A DNA stretch of 64,000 nt. Source: an uncultured bacterium (lineage in GTDB: Bacteria > Chloroflexota > UBA5177 > JANWHV01). This document shows, piece after piece, positions 1 to 10,309 of this stretch. Location of the stretch: contig CAWHAE010000009.1 in NCBI GenBank assembly GCA_963827235.1, positions 832,001 through 896,000 of the forward strand, given 5' to 3'. The position numbers and the translations under genes were made by a program. The notes under the pieces are model-generated. The model had not been told where the DNA came from. It did not search any database and saw only the letters and a list, made by a program, of their open reading frames with translations. The stretch's first letter is position 1. The number at the start of each line of letters is the position of its first letter.

Positions 1-669
1 CTCACCGCGTTGCGCCTGCCCGATCCGCAGCTCAGCGAGAGCGCGCGGCCGGTCGTGCAACACTGGCGCGCCCTGTGGCTGGATCCGTGGCACAACGCGG
101 ACTTCTCGTGGGTCTTTGCCACCCGCACCATGATGATGATCGCTCTCTACACCCTGTTCACGTTCGTGGCCTTTTACGTACGCGATGTCGTGCACGTGAC
201 CGCCTTCGTCGCTGGAGCGGCTATTCTGGCAGGCGTGGCGACGGTAGCGGCTCTGTTCAGCGGCCTGGTGACGGGTTGGATTTCCGACCGCATAGGCCGG
301 CGCTGGCTGGTGAGCATTGCCAGCGTCCTGATGTCCGGCGCTCTTTTCGGCCTGGCGTTCGTCCACGATCTTAACCTAGTGCTGGTGCTGGGCGTATTCT
401 TCGGCCTGGCGCTCGGCACGTACATGTCGGTAGATTGGGCGCTGGCGGTCGATGTGCTGCCGCACGAGGGCTTCGCGGCCAAGGACCTGGGCCTGTGGGG
501 GCTCTCCACCAACGTGCCGCAGACGGTGGCGCCGTTTCTCGGCGGCGCCGTGCTGCTGGTCTGCTCGCCGCTCGGAAAAGCGGGCAGCTACGGCGTGCTG
601 TTTCTCGGCGCCTCCGTGTGCGCGGCAGCCAGCGGCGTCCTGGTCTGGCAGGTGCGCAGTGTCCGCTAG
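1..669 (+). CDS. MFS transporter, 5'-truncated by the window edge
   Basis: Open in frame from base 1; multiple TM helices; MFS motif A GWISDRIGRR; SVDWALAVDVLP...AAKDLGLW. Confidence 0.85.
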   Translation, partial: LTALRLPDPQLSESARPVVQHWRALWLDPWHNADFSWVFATRTMMMIALYTLFTFVAFYVRDVVHVTAFVAGAAILAGVATVAALFSGLVTGWISDRIGRRWLVSIASVLMSGALFGLAFVHDLNLVLVLGVFFGLALGTYMSVDWALAVDVLPHEGFAAKDLGLWGLSTNVPQTVAPFLGGAVLLVCSPLGKAGSYGVLFLGASVCAAASGVLVWQVRSVR

Positions 670-1411
670 CCACGCCGCTCCCAAGCTGGTGGTCTCGATC
701 CACGACGTCGCGCCTTCGCAGGCGGACGACCTGCGCTACCTTCTGGAAGCGTGCGATGCTGCCGGCGCGCGCCCTCGGGTGCTGAAGGTGATCCCGGACG
801 AAGGCGGCCGGCAGGATATTCGCGCGTATCCCGAGTTCACCGCGCTGCTTCGCGCCGAGGCACAGGCCGGCTCCGAGATCGTGTTGCACGGCTACACGCA
901 CACGGCGGCGCGGGCGATTCAGGGCTGGAGACTGCCGAGCCTCCGCGCTCGTCTGTTCGCGCCCAAAGCCGCCGAGTTCGTCACGCTGGACGGCGCCGAG
1001 ATGGCGGCGCGGTTGACGGCGGGCCGGCGCATCCTGGAAGAGGTCGGCCTGCAGGTACAGGGCTTCTGCGCCCCGGGCTGGCTGGCGACGCCCGAGCTGC
1101 CGCGGCAGCTCAAACGCTGCGGGTTCCGCTATGCAGTCTCCATGGCCTGGCTCTCTGATGTCGTCTCGGGCAAGAGGATGTTCACGCCCTGGCAGGGGTT
1201 CATGGGAGCCGGCCCCGGCCAGGAACGCATGATCGGGTTGGGTAGCTGGGCCTGCATGCGCCTGGCGCCGCGCGCGGAAGCTGTGAAGCTGTTCCTGCAT
1301 CCGCAGGGCGCGCGCACCTCCGCCGATTGCCGTCGCATCCTGAACGGCATGCGCGATCTGCTCGGGCAGCGTACCTGCGTGACCTTCGGCGATCTCGTCG
1401 ATGGTTGGTGA
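659..1411 (+). CDS. Polysaccharide deacetylase / DUF2334-like protein
   Basis: VVSIHDVAP, VLHGYTH, GFCAPGW and LFLHP motifs; GTG at 659 overlaps the MFS 3' end. Confidence 0.8.
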   Translation: MSASHAAPKLVVSIHDVAPSQADDLRYLLEACDAAGARPRVLKVIPDEGGRQDIRAYPEFTALLRAEAQAGSEIVLHGYTHTAARAIQGWRLPSLRARLFAPKAAEFVTLDGAEMAARLTAGRRILEEVGLQVQGFCAPGWLATPELPRQLKRCGFRYAVSMAWLSDVVSGKRMFTPWQGFMGAGPGQERMIGLGSWACMRLAPRAEAVKLFLHPQGARTSADCRRILNGMRDLLGQRTCVTFGDLVDGW

Positions 1412-1516
1412 GGACAACCGCTTGCATACGCCGCACGCAAGCTGAATCACCCCATCCTGGCCGGATGCCGATATGGGTTGACCGTCAACTGCCGTCCGGC
1501 GCTGTGCAGCGCGGGA

Positions 1517-2098
1517 TCACGCGGAAGTGGCCCGCACGCCGCCTTGCCCTGAGGATGACTCGGTCATCAATCCGAGCAGCGTGGTCAGCGTGCGCCAATT
1601 GCGGCCAGTGCTGATCGTGGCCAGCTTGGCGTCGAAGTAGGCCGTGCTCAGCTTGGTCTCGGCCACGCCGTTGGGCAGCCACAGGTACACCTCGCGGCCG
1701 CGCACGGCGAACCGGTCGGGCGGCGACCGGTCGGGATCGAGCGCGCCGACTCTGCCGGCCTCCGGCTGGCCTGCCAGGAACAGCACGTGCAGCGCCTCTT
1801 CCGGCGCGCCTGCCTCGAGGAACGGGTTCGCCCGCACGGTCTCGGCAAGCTCGGTGGCAGAACGGACCACCACGGGCACGCGGAGCGCGAGCCGGCGGGC
1901 AATCTCGGCGCTGATCAGGGCGGCAAGCGTCGACTGGATGGCGGGATCGGCGCTGAATATGGCGTTGCCGCTCTGGATATAGGTGCGTACGTCGCCGCAG
2001 CCTATCCCGCAACAGATCTCGACCAGCGCCTTCATCGGCAGCTTGTTCTTGCCGCCGACGTTGACGCCCCGAAGCAAGGCGAGGTACGTCTCCGCCAT
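1517..2098 (-). CDS. DUF1697 family protein
   Basis: YLALLRGVNVGGKNKLPM, VRTYIQSGN and TGRNWRT signature motifs. Confidence 0.9.
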   Translation of the reverse strand: MAETYLALLRGVNVGGKNKLPMKALVEICCGIGCGDVRTYIQSGNAIFSADPAIQSTLAALISAEIARRLALRVPVVVRSATELAETVRANPFLEAGAPEEALHVLFLAGQPEAGRVGALDPDRSPPDRFAVRGREVYLWLPNGVAETKLSTAYFDAKLATISTGRNWRTLTTLLGLMTESSSGQGGVRATSA

Positions 2099-2544
2099 GG
2101 CACAGTGCTTTCCAGCCGGCACGGTCGCTACCCGACGGCTGCAAAACGCGTCGTACGCAGGTAGGCCATTCCGCCTTCTCAGTCTCGGGGAGCCGCGACG
2201 CGGCGTCAACCGCCTTTTCCTGATCAGCCGCTTTCCGCCGGGCAGCGCCGCGCACTGGAGCGCTGGGCCATGAGTTCGGTGCTCTTGAGCGATTGGACAT
2301 CCAGATAAGTACGGCGCTACACCGTAATCAAGCACGAGGGTGTACGATTGGCACGGTTGCATCGTGCATCGGCGTGCGCGTTGGTGTGGATCGTGTACAA
2401 CCACCGCCTCGCCCCTGGACGAATGCCGTTCGCCCTTCGATGATCGACCCGCTGAGTGTATGGCAGCCTGCCCTGGTACCTGCTCGCCGCCGCGGCTTCG
2501 GTGGGCGCGGGCGGACCGGGAAGGTGCATCCACGGAGGCATACG

Positions 2545-3300
2545 ATGAGGCGCCGCCGAAAGATCCTGCTCGTCACCGCCGGCTTACTCGCCGTGGTGCT
2601 CGTCGCCGTGGCCGCAGGCTGGCGAAAGCTGTCGGCCACCAGCAACCCCGTGCCGGTCGGAACGGCGGTCAGCCGGTACGAGCAGACGAGCAGCGGCCCC
2701 GCTGCCGGTCCACCACGCCCGGGAGTGTACACCTATGCCGTGCAGGGCCAGGAGTGCGCCGGCGTGGCTGCCTTGCGGCTCTGCCGGTCCTTCCCATCCG
2801 AGGCACGCATGATCCTCACCAGGAAAGACCATACGCTCACGCTCGAGGTTGACCTCTCGGAAGACCATCTGGAAGCCAGCCGCTTCGACGTGCGGCCGGA
2901 CGGCCGTTACCTGGCCTGGCAGCGCACGCGGATCGTGTTCGGCATCGCACAGGAGAGCGCGGGGGCAACCGTGCCGGAGACACTGGCCCAGCCGTCGAAG
3001 CTCCGCGTCGGCCAGAGCTGGACGCAGCACTTCTCGGCCGGCGGGCTACCGGTAGTCAGCACTAACCTGGTCACACGACAGCTGACGATGGGCATCGGAG
3101 GAGCAAGTGTCAAGGTGCTCGAGATCGATGCCAGCTCGACAACCGCCGGCGACCACCCAGGTACCGAGACCGATGTCACCTGGTTCGATCCCATCAGCGG
3201 CCTGGACGCGCGGCTGATCGTCCACCGGCGGATCGGCGGCGCCTTCCCCTACACGATGGACGTCGACGCTACCTTGCAGTCGCTGAAGCCGGTGCGGTAG
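2545..3300 (+). CDS. Hypothetical exported or membrane-anchored beta-rich protein
   Basis: GGAGG RBS; basic N-terminus plus hydrophobic helix (MRRRRKILLVTAGLLAVVLVAVAAGW); PGVYTYAVQG. Confidence 0.7.
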   Translation: MRRRRKILLVTAGLLAVVLVAVAAGWRKLSATSNPVPVGTAVSRYEQTSSGPAAGPPRPGVYTYAVQGQECAGVAALRLCRSFPSEARMILTRKDHTLTLEVDLSEDHLEASRFDVRPDGRYLAWQRTRIVFGIAQESAGATVPETLAQPSKLRVGQSWTQHFSAGGLPVVSTNLVTRQLTMGIGGASVKVLEIDASSTTAGDHPGTETDVTWFDPISGLDARLIVHRRIGGAFPYTMDVDATLQSLKPVR

Positions 3301-3310
3301 CGCGAGCCCG

Positions 3311-4105
3311 TCAGTTGAGCAAGGTGGGCTCGGCAAGCCGCTTGACGACGCGCGCTGGGTTGCCGGCCACGACGACGTTCGCGGGCACGGAACCGGCGAC
3401 GACCGCGCGAAACGCCACGACCGAGTTCTCGCCCACGGTCGATCCCTTGAGCAGCGCGCTCTGTCCGCCCAGCCAGACGTTGGCGCCCACGCGCACGAGC
3501 CTGCTGCACACCGGGGCACGCGGATCGTGGCGAAGCCGGGGATCGAGAGGATGGAAGTCGTTGTCCACGATCAAGGTTGAGCCGAGGATGCAGCGCGGGC
3601 CGATACGGATGCCGGTACGCGCCATCATGCCGGCGCCGTTCAGCCTCGTGCCATTGCCGATCTCGATGCGTGCCACGGGTGTATAGGTGATGAAGACGTT
3701 CTTCTCGGCGTGGCACCAGGCGTTGACGTCGTCGCCAAAGACCACGCGGCCTGGGCCGCGAATGACCAGGCGGCCGTTTGTGCAGAAGTTGCGCCCGAAC
3801 TCCACGCGTTCGCCCAGGCGCAGCCGGTACCACGTGACCCACACGCGGCTGACCATCGGCGCCACGTGCAGCTTGAGCCATGCGCGAACGCCCTCCCGTG
3901 TGGGAAAGAGGCGGCGCTGCGCGGCAAGCGGGTCCAATACCTGGGGTAGCGCGATCGGCTCTTGCAGAGCCAGCACGTCCGCACTGGAAAGGGAGCCAGT
4001 CGCGGCCACTTTCAGGTGACGGCGCGCGACGCGCGACACCGGAACGCGCCGAGGAACGCTCGGGACGTGAAGTGATGCCGGTATGTGCGGCTGTGACATG
4101 GCCAT
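3311..4105 (-). CDS. Hexapeptide-repeat (left-handed beta-helix) O-acyltransferase
   Basis: IRIGPRCILG, DNDFHP, VRVGANVWLG...GSTVGENSVV...VVVAGNPARVVK. Confidence 0.85.
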   Translation of the reverse strand: MAMSQPHIPASLHVPSVPRRVPVSRVARRHLKVAATGSLSSADVLALQEPIALPQVLDPLAAQRRLFPTREGVRAWLKLHVAPMVSRVWVTWYRLRLGERVEFGRNFCTNGRLVIRGPGRVVFGDDVNAWCHAEKNVFITYTPVARIEIGNGTRLNGAGMMARTGIRIGPRCILGSTLIVDNDFHPLDPRLRHDPRAPVCSRLVRVGANVWLGGQSALLKGSTVGENSVVAFRAVVAGSVPANVVVAGNPARVVKRLAEPTLLN

Positions 4106-4285
4106 GTACGTGACTCCCCGGTACTGGCGCCCGTGGCCGCGCAGCTACGGACAATCGATCCGGGTTCCGCGGATTGATTGCTGCCACAATAGCATGTGCC
4201 GGCGTGCCGTGATACCAGGGTGGTGGTTAACTGCGCGCGTGGTCGTCATCCTGTCGCCGGCGAAAGGGGTGTCCGCATGCACCCG

Positions 4286-4765
4286 CTATCCGGCAGGCTC
4301 CCAGATCGGGTCGGCTTCAACCACCGTGTTCACGGAATTGGCGATAAAGCATTCCTCGTGGGCCTGATGGTGCATGGCTCGCACCTCCGCCTCCGAGGGC
4401 ACACCGGTCCCGGCGAACCGCGTGTGAGGGTGCAGAGTGACACGAGTCATGGCGAGCTTGCTGAGCTCGTTTCTGGCCAGCACGCCCACGGCATGGTCGG
4501 CGTAGCGGTCGACGACGAACCCGCGTTTAGCGGCGATGGCGAGAAAGGTCAGCATGTGGCAGCTCGACAGAGCGGCGACAAAGGCTTCCTCCGGATCGAC
4601 GTTGGTCGCCAGGGAATACGGTTCCGGCACGATATGCGTAGAGCTCGACGCCGGCACCGTCATGCCGCCGTCGAAGCGCCAGCTATGAGCGCGGCTGTAC
4701 TTGTTGTCGACGAATACGGCTTCACCGCGCTCCCACGTAACATCCACGGCGTACTCCGCCACCAC
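4286..4765 (-). CDS. OsmC/Ohr family protein
   Basis: YSRAHSWRFDGG, DPEEAFVAALSSCHMLTFL, AHEECFIANSV (both Cys present). Confidence 0.9.
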   Translation of the reverse strand: MVAEYAVDVTWERGEAVFVDNKYSRAHSWRFDGGMTVPASSSTHIVPEPYSLATNVDPEEAFVAALSSCHMLTFLAIAAKRGFVVDRYADHAVGVLARNELSKLAMTRVTLHPHTRFAGTGVPSEAEVRAMHHQAHEECFIANSVNTVVEADPIWEPAG

Positions 4766-4943
4766 GCCCTCCCGCGATCTCCTACGTTGTTCCTTAGTCT
4801 ACCCGGGACCATGTACCGGCCGGCCGCGGGTCTGCGCATGTGACGCGCCAGCGTCGGGCCAGGAGCCCGGCGGCGCACATCACACCGCCTGTCCTGGCCC
4901 AATCGTGCTCTCGGACTCGAGGCGCCTTTGCACTCCGGTCCGT

Positions 4944-7916
4944 TCAGCCGGCCGGGTCAGTCTTGAGCGCCAGCGCGATGGCCTCGTTCAGCGCCATTTC
5001 CAGCCCCTCGGCCCAGGCCGCCTCGAACGTCTCATGCCCCAGTGTCGAGCGCATGATCTGCACCGCCTGCTCATGGTCATGGCGATCTGTAGACGGCACT
5101 GGTTGGCCAAGGACGTCCCGCTCCGCCTGAGCAGCCGCACCCAGCCACGCGGCCCGTCGCGACTGCCCCTGCGCCGCGGCCACCCAGGCCAGGCCTTCCA
5201 GCGCCTCGGCCAGGATGTGCCTGGCGCCGATGTCGCGGCTCAGAAGGAGGGCCTCCTCGAACAGCGCCGCCGCCCGCTCGTAGTCGCCCTGTGCGGACGC
5301 CACCAGCCCCAGGTTGTTGAGCGACTCGGCGATGCCGCGCTGGTCGTCCTGCTCACGCCGCAACGCAAGGCTTTCCCCTAGCAATGCTGCTGCCTGCTCG
5401 TACTGGCCCTGCCCACGCGCCGCCATCCCCCGGTTGTTGAGTGCGGTGGCGCAGCCCCACTGATCCCCCAGCGCGTGACACAGCTCCAATCCCTCGGCAT
5501 ACAGGGCATGCGCCTGCTCATACTCAGCCGCCTCATAGAGCGCATTCGCTACGTTGTTAAGCGAGCTAGAAATGCCCCCGGCATCGCCCAGCTCGCGCCG
5601 CAGCGCCAGAGCCTCCTGGTGCAGGGCCAGCGCGATCCGATACTCACCCTGACGCATCGCCAGGTTTCCGGCGCCGTTCAGCGCTCGAGCACGGGTAGCA
5701 GGCGAGCCCAGGCCGCCGGCGAGCGTCTCCTCCAGCCAGCGCCGCCCTTCGCCCAGATAGCCGCGGGTCTCCCAGAACCACGAGAGCGACGACGCCAGGC
5801 GCTGCCCCTCCACTGCCATCGCTCGCTTTCGCGCCCAGATCAGAGCTGCCCGCAGGTTATCGTGCTCCTGTTCCAGCCGATCCAGCCATGATCCCTGCTC
5901 AGCGCCGCGCAGCGCCGCGCCCGCCTGCTCCGCCAGAGCCAGAAAGTGCATCAGGTGCAGGTCGCGGGTGGCGGCCTCCTCACCTGCAGCCTCGAACCGC
6001 TCCCAAGCGTACCGGCGCACCGTCTCCAGTAGCCGGTAGCGGACCGCTCCCTCGCCCGACTCGTCCACGTGCACCAGCGAGCGGTTCACGAGCCCGTCGA
6101 GCCCATCCATCACCGCCCACGATTCCATCCCCTCTCCCGCGCAGACCGCCTCCGCCGCCTCCAGCGTCCAGCCACCCGCGAACACCGAGAGCCGGCCGAG
6201 CAGCGTTCGCTCCGGCACGTCCAGCAGGTCCCAGCTCCAGTCCAGGGCGGCCCGCAGCGTCCGCTGCCGCGTGGGGAGGTCCCGCGAGCCGGTGCTCAGC
6301 AGCCGGAAGCGGTCATCCAGGCGGGCGGCGATCGCCTCCACGCTCATGCTGCCGACTCTCGCCGCGGCCAGCTCGATCGCCAGCGGCACGCCGTCCAGCC
6401 GGGCGCAGATCTCGGACACCGCCCGGGCATTGGCGGTGGTGAGGGCGAAGCTGTCCCGCCGCTCCTGCGCACGAGCCACGAACAGACGCACCGCCTCGTA
6501 GCTGCCCGCCAGCTCGGGCGAGGGTAGATGCTGGGGATCGGGAACGCTCAGTGAGGGGACCCGGTAGTGGTGCTCGCCGGCGACTCCCAGCGCCTCCCGG
6601 CTGGTTGCCAGGATGCGCAGCTCGGGCGCCGCCCGCAGCAGTGCACCGGCCAGCGCGGTGCAGGCCGCTAGGAGGTGCTCGCAGTTGTCCAGCACCAGCA
6701 GCATGCGCTTTCCTGAGCAACGATCGCTCACCGTCTGCAGAACCGGGCGGCTCAGCTCCTCATGCAGGCCCAGGGCCTGGGCCACCGCACCCGGCACCAG
6801 CCCGGGTTCGGCCAGCGGGGCCAGCTCCACCAGCCACACGCCATCGGGATAGGCAGCGAGGAGTCCCTCCCCAACCGCGAGGGCGAGCCGCGTCTTCCCC
6901 ACCCCGCCTGTGCCGACCAGCGTTACCATGCGATGGGCTGCGAGGAGCTCACGTACCCTGGCCCGAGCGTGCTCGCGCCCAACAAAAGTGGACAGGGTCG
7001 CGGGAAGGTTGTGTGGTGGACCGGCGACCGGGAGCATGACCTTTCCAGCCGTCACGTCCAACGCCGCCGAGTCGGAGGCCACCACGACCAGCTCTGGCCC
7101 ACCCATACTTGTCCGCACCAGCCAGGCGCGCACTGGACGCGCAATACCTTGCAGCGTCAGCTCTCCCCGATCCTGATAGCTCAGCCCCTCGATGCGACGG
7201 GCCGATCGTACCGCCGCGTCGCTGGCCAAGATCTCGCCTGGCTCCGCGCGCGCGCAGAGCTGCGCTGCCGTCGTGATCGCCTCCCCTCGATACGGGCCGG
7301 CCGCTATGACCGGCTCTCCCACATCCAGTCCCGCGCGGACACGCAGCGGCAACTCCGGCGTTGCCGCATCGGCACACCGGGCCAGCAGCCGTGTCGCGGC
7401 GTGCAGCGCCGCGCGTCCCGAGGTGAAGGCGGCCAGCACCTCGCTGCCCCGTACCTCAATCACGTGCCCACCCTCGGCCGTCGCAGCCTCCTCGACGATC
7501 TCGCCAAAGCGCAGGGCCATGGCCGTGTGGGACGCGTCTCCGTGCAGCGGAGTGAAGGTGGTGGCGGCACGCGCTTCGACCAGCAGCACCGCGAGCATCC
7601 CTGCCGGTAGCGCGGAGAGGACGCCGGCCGGCGATGAAGACACTCCGCTCGGGGCGGATGCGGATGGGGGAGTGACATCGGACCGGACAGACTGTATCAA
7701 CGCCCCACGCTGGTGGGGCGTGAGGGCCAGAGCCTCAGCCAGGCGGATCAGCGTGCCCGGATACGGACGATGCTTGCCGCGCTCCAGATAGAGGAGGCCC
7801 CGCGGGCTCAGCCCCGCGCGCTCGGCGAGGGCCTCCTGTGATAGGCCGGCGGCCTCTCGATAGCGCCGAATGAGGTCACCACAGGCGCTGTAAGTCCCGG
7901 AGGGCTGCCCGGACAT
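4944..7916 (-). CDS. XRE-HTH + degenerate class III cyclase-like + STAND (NB-ARC-like) ATPase + TPR transcriptional regulator
   Basis: GLSQEALAERAGLS HTH; cyclase-like LRVRAGLDVGE; Walker A GTGGVGKT; Walker B LLVLDNCEH; LDGVPLAIELAA; C-terminal TPRs; start chosen from the AGGAGG RBS. Confidence 0.88.
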   Translation of the reverse strand: MSGQPSGTYSACGDLIRRYREAAGLSQEALAERAGLSPRGLLYLERGKHRPYPGTLIRLAEALALTPHQRGALIQSVRSDVTPPSASAPSGVSSSPAGVLSALPAGMLAVLLVEARAATTFTPLHGDASHTAMALRFGEIVEEAATAEGGHVIEVRGSEVLAAFTSGRAALHAATRLLARCADAATPELPLRVRAGLDVGEPVIAAGPYRGEAITTAAQLCARAEPGEILASDAAVRSARRIEGLSYQDRGELTLQGIARPVRAWLVRTSMGGPELVVVASDSAALDVTAGKVMLPVAGPPHNLPATLSTFVGREHARARVRELLAAHRMVTLVGTGGVGKTRLALAVGEGLLAAYPDGVWLVELAPLAEPGLVPGAVAQALGLHEELSRPVLQTVSDRCSGKRMLLVLDNCEHLLAACTALAGALLRAAPELRILATSREALGVAGEHHYRVPSLSVPDPQHLPSPELAGSYEAVRLFVARAQERRDSFALTTANARAVSEICARLDGVPLAIELAAARVGSMSVEAIAARLDDRFRLLSTGSRDLPTRQRTLRAALDWSWDLLDVPERTLLGRLSVFAGGWTLEAAEAVCAGEGMESWAVMDGLDGLVNRSLVHVDESGEGAVRYRLLETVRRYAWERFEAAGEEAATRDLHLMHFLALAEQAGAALRGAEQGSWLDRLEQEHDNLRAALIWARKRAMAVEGQRLASSLSWFWETRGYLGEGRRWLEETLAGGLGSPATRARALNGAGNLAMRQGEYRIALALHQEALALRRELGDAGGISSSLNNVANALYEAAEYEQAHALYAEGLELCHALGDQWGCATALNNRGMAARGQGQYEQAAALLGESLALRREQDDQRGIAESLNNLGLVASAQGDYERAAALFEEALLLSRDIGARHILAEALEGLAWVAAAQGQSRRAAWLGAAAQAERDVLGQPVPSTDRHDHEQAVQIMRSTLGHETFEAAWAEGLEMALNEAIALALKTDPAG

Positions 7917-7973
7917 TATCCCTCCTGATGCCAGCGCTACTCGAAGCAAAGCAGTCATTCCCGGATATATCTC

Positions 7974-7982
7974 ATCATATCA
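7974..7982 (-). promoter_or_regulatory. Putative extended -10 (TGaTATGAT) for the regulator
   Basis: Reverse complement of atcatatca, ~60 bp upstream of the start, in an AT-rich patch. Confidence 0.4.
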
Positions 7983-8154
7983 CGCTCATCAATAAGGAAC
8001 GCTCGCTGTGCCCCGGGCGTACATACAGCCCCGAGGCCGGTACCCGTTTCTGTACAACCCATCCTGAGCTTTGGCGTTGCCGGCTCTGGGGCTGCCCCTG
8101 TACGTGCTCGCACGCGCAGCCGGCATACGTGCCGTCCGCAGTGCATGGAGTGAC

Positions 8155-8209
8155 AGTGCGGCAAGAGTGCGGCAACTGTGCGGGATCTCTTCATGGTGGG
8201 CCGTATCCT
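8155..8209 (+). promoter_or_regulatory. Three direct repeats (agtgcggcaa, agtgcggcaa, tgtgcgggat; 11-bp period) abutting the -35 position of a TATCCT -10
   Basis: Repeats start at 8155, 8166 and 8177; TATCCT at 8204-8209. Confidence 0.55.
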
Positions 8210-8229
8210 GCTAGCCCAGAATGGAGATT

Positions 8230-8385
8230 GTGAGCCGCAGTGAAGCGGTTCGGACTGTGGAGAAGGGTGCCTACTCGCGGGCGGAGGAGGTACATGCCGC
8301 GGCACGAGAGAAAGACGAGAAGAGGCCCGTTGCGCGTGCCTACGATGAGCAGGACCTCAGGAAGGTCTTGGCGAAATCGGGATAA
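8230..8385 (+). CDS. Small hypothetical protein (51 aa, charged)
   Basis: GGAGA RBS then GTG; MSRSEAVRTVEKGAYSRAEEVHAAAREKDEKRPVARAYDEQDLRKVLAKSG; below the ORF-track length cutoff. Confidence 0.45.
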   Translation: MSRSEAVRTVEKGAYSRAEEVHAAAREKDEKRPVARAYDEQDLRKVLAKSG

Positions 8386-8556
8386 GGTGCGACAGCGCAC
8401 CCAACGAGCTGTCAGCACATGCGGGCATTTGGCTGCCGGGGCGGACCCGCTCTGACACCGTGGCTTGAGGGTGAAGGACGCGCGATTGCAGCCAGTACGC
8501 CGCCCCGGTCCACGCCGGGGGGTGAAGACCACGGTCAGTGAAAAGGAATGGAAGCT

Positions 8557-8829
8557 ATGGCCATGCTACTTGTTTGTCATCAGGTCAGAGACTATCGCGC
8601 CTGGCGGCGCGTGTACGACGAGGTCGGGCCGTTGCAGAAGGCTGGCGGAGTGACCGCCGAAAGCGTCTACCAGTCCAAAGACGATCCGAACACCGTGCTG
8701 GTTCTGCACAGCTTCGCCACGATGGCGGCTGCCGAGGCGTTCGCGGCCAATCCGGCGTTGCGCGAGGCCATGCAGAAGGGCGGGGTGGAAGGCGCGCCGC
8801 GGGTAGAGTTCTTCGAGGACGCGCCCTGA
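8557..8829 (+). CDS. Small dimeric alpha-beta barrel ('cyclase'/ABM-like) protein
   Basis: HQVRDYRAWRRVYD...DDPNTVLVLHSF...LREAMQKGGVEGAP pattern. Confidence 0.75.
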   Translation: MAMLLVCHQVRDYRAWRRVYDEVGPLQKAGGVTAESVYQSKDDPNTVLVLHSFATMAAAEAFAANPALREAMQKGGVEGAPRVEFFEDAP

Positions 8830-8946
8830 GCGTCGCGCACGTTGCCCGACGCGGGGCAGCAGGCAGCCCTATAGCACTCGATGCCAGAGTTCGTTCCCTG
8901 AGATGAGTCGCGGGTTTCCCGCGACATGGCGCTGGGAGGTCATCCT

Positions 8947-9381
8947 ATGACAACAGAAGACGAGGTCCGGCAAGCATCCGATCGGTTCTATGCTGCGTTG
9001 AGCCGTATGGCCAACGGCGATGCCGGCGCAATGAGCGCGATCTGGGCGCATGGCGGGGATGTGACCGCTTTGCACCCGATCGGGGAGCGGGGGGAAGGCT
9101 GGGAGCAGGTACGGCCCCAGTTCGAGCAGGTAGGATCGCTCGCCAGCGGGGGACAGGTTCGGCTGCGCGACCAGTTGATCCGCGTGGGTACGGATCTGGC
9201 CTACGAGGTCGGCGTGGAGGATGGGGAGTTGACACTGGCCGGCGAGCGGGTCGCCATCAACCAGCGCGTTACCAACATCTACCGCCGTGAGGGTGGGGAG
9301 TGGAAGATGGTCCACCACCATTCCGATATCTCACCGGCGATGAACGACCTGGTCAGCCGCCTCCGGCCTCCACAACAGTAG
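8947..9381 (+). CDS. SnoaL/NTF2-like (DUF4440-like) protein
   Basis: RFYAALSRMANGDA, VTALHPIG, RVTNIYRREGGEWKMVHHHSD; GGAGG RBS. Confidence 0.85.
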   Translation: MTTEDEVRQASDRFYAALSRMANGDAGAMSAIWAHGGDVTALHPIGERGEGWEQVRPQFEQVGSLASGGQVRLRDQLIRVGTDLAYEVGVEDGELTLAGERVAINQRVTNIYRREGGEWKMVHHHSDISPAMNDLVSRLRPPQQ

Positions 9382-9430
9382 CGGGAGAGAGCAGACGTTC
9401 ATAGCCAAGAAGCACAAGGGGAAAAGACCA

Positions 9431-10030
9431 ATGACCGGACCATCCAAGGATGCAACTATCGCGTGGCCAACGCTCCACCACGTGAATCTGAAGACGATGC
9501 GCATGGAGGAGATGATCTCTTGGTACGGAACGGTCGTGGGCATGCGGCCGAACTTTCAGAGTCCCGGCATTTCCTTCCTGACCAATGACGCAGCAAACCA
9601 CCGACTGGCGTTGATGGCGATGCCTCATTTCGAGGACCATCCGCAGAAGCTTCGGCACACCGGCATGCATCACCTGGCGTTCGAGTTCCGGACGATGCAA
9701 GACCTGCTTGATACCTTCACCCGTCTGCAGGAACAAGGGATACGGCCGCACGCCTGTCTTGACCATGGCCTGACGACCTCCTTTTACTACGCTGACCCCG
9801 ACGGTAACAGCGTGGAGCTCCAGGTGGACAACTATGGCGACTGGGCGAAGTCTTCCGCGTTCGTGCGTATGGATCCTGCCTTCGCGGCGAATCCGATCGG
9901 GGTCAGCATCGATCCAGACCAACTGATCGCCGCGCGCGCTGGTGGAGCTTCCCCGGACACGATCCACCGGCAGGCCTATAGCGGCGCGTTCGACCCGGGA
10001 ACTGCACTCGACCTCCGGGTCGGTCTCTAG
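9431..10030 (+). CDS. VOC (glyoxalase/extradiol dioxygenase-like) protein
   Basis: LHHVNLKT, NHRLAL, GMHHLAFEF, DHGLTTSFYYADPDGNSVELQVD. Confidence 0.88.
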   Translation: MTGPSKDATIAWPTLHHVNLKTMRMEEMISWYGTVVGMRPNFQSPGISFLTNDAANHRLALMAMPHFEDHPQKLRHTGMHHLAFEFRTMQDLLDTFTRLQEQGIRPHACLDHGLTTSFYYADPDGNSVELQVDNYGDWAKSSAFVRMDPAFAANPIGVSIDPDQLIAARAGGASPDTIHRQAYSGAFDPGTALDLRVGL

Positions 10031-10309
10031 CGTCAAAGGCCTGCGGAGCGCGGCGTCCAGACGCGACGCTGCGTGTGTGCACGTGCATTCTGAGCCGTAT
10101 TGCGAGCAGGTGCAGCCCCAGTTCGGACAGGTAAGCTCAGTATGGGCTTAACCCAGGCGCGGAATTGCATTCGAGCGGATGATGGCAACTAGACTCGTGG
10201 GACCAGTAGTAACCACACTTTTCCCGCTATCGCTTGACCTTCCGGCGGGGCTCTATTCGGCACCACAAACGAGGCAGAAGTAACCTATCATCCGGCCCGG
10301 AGTCTCGGA

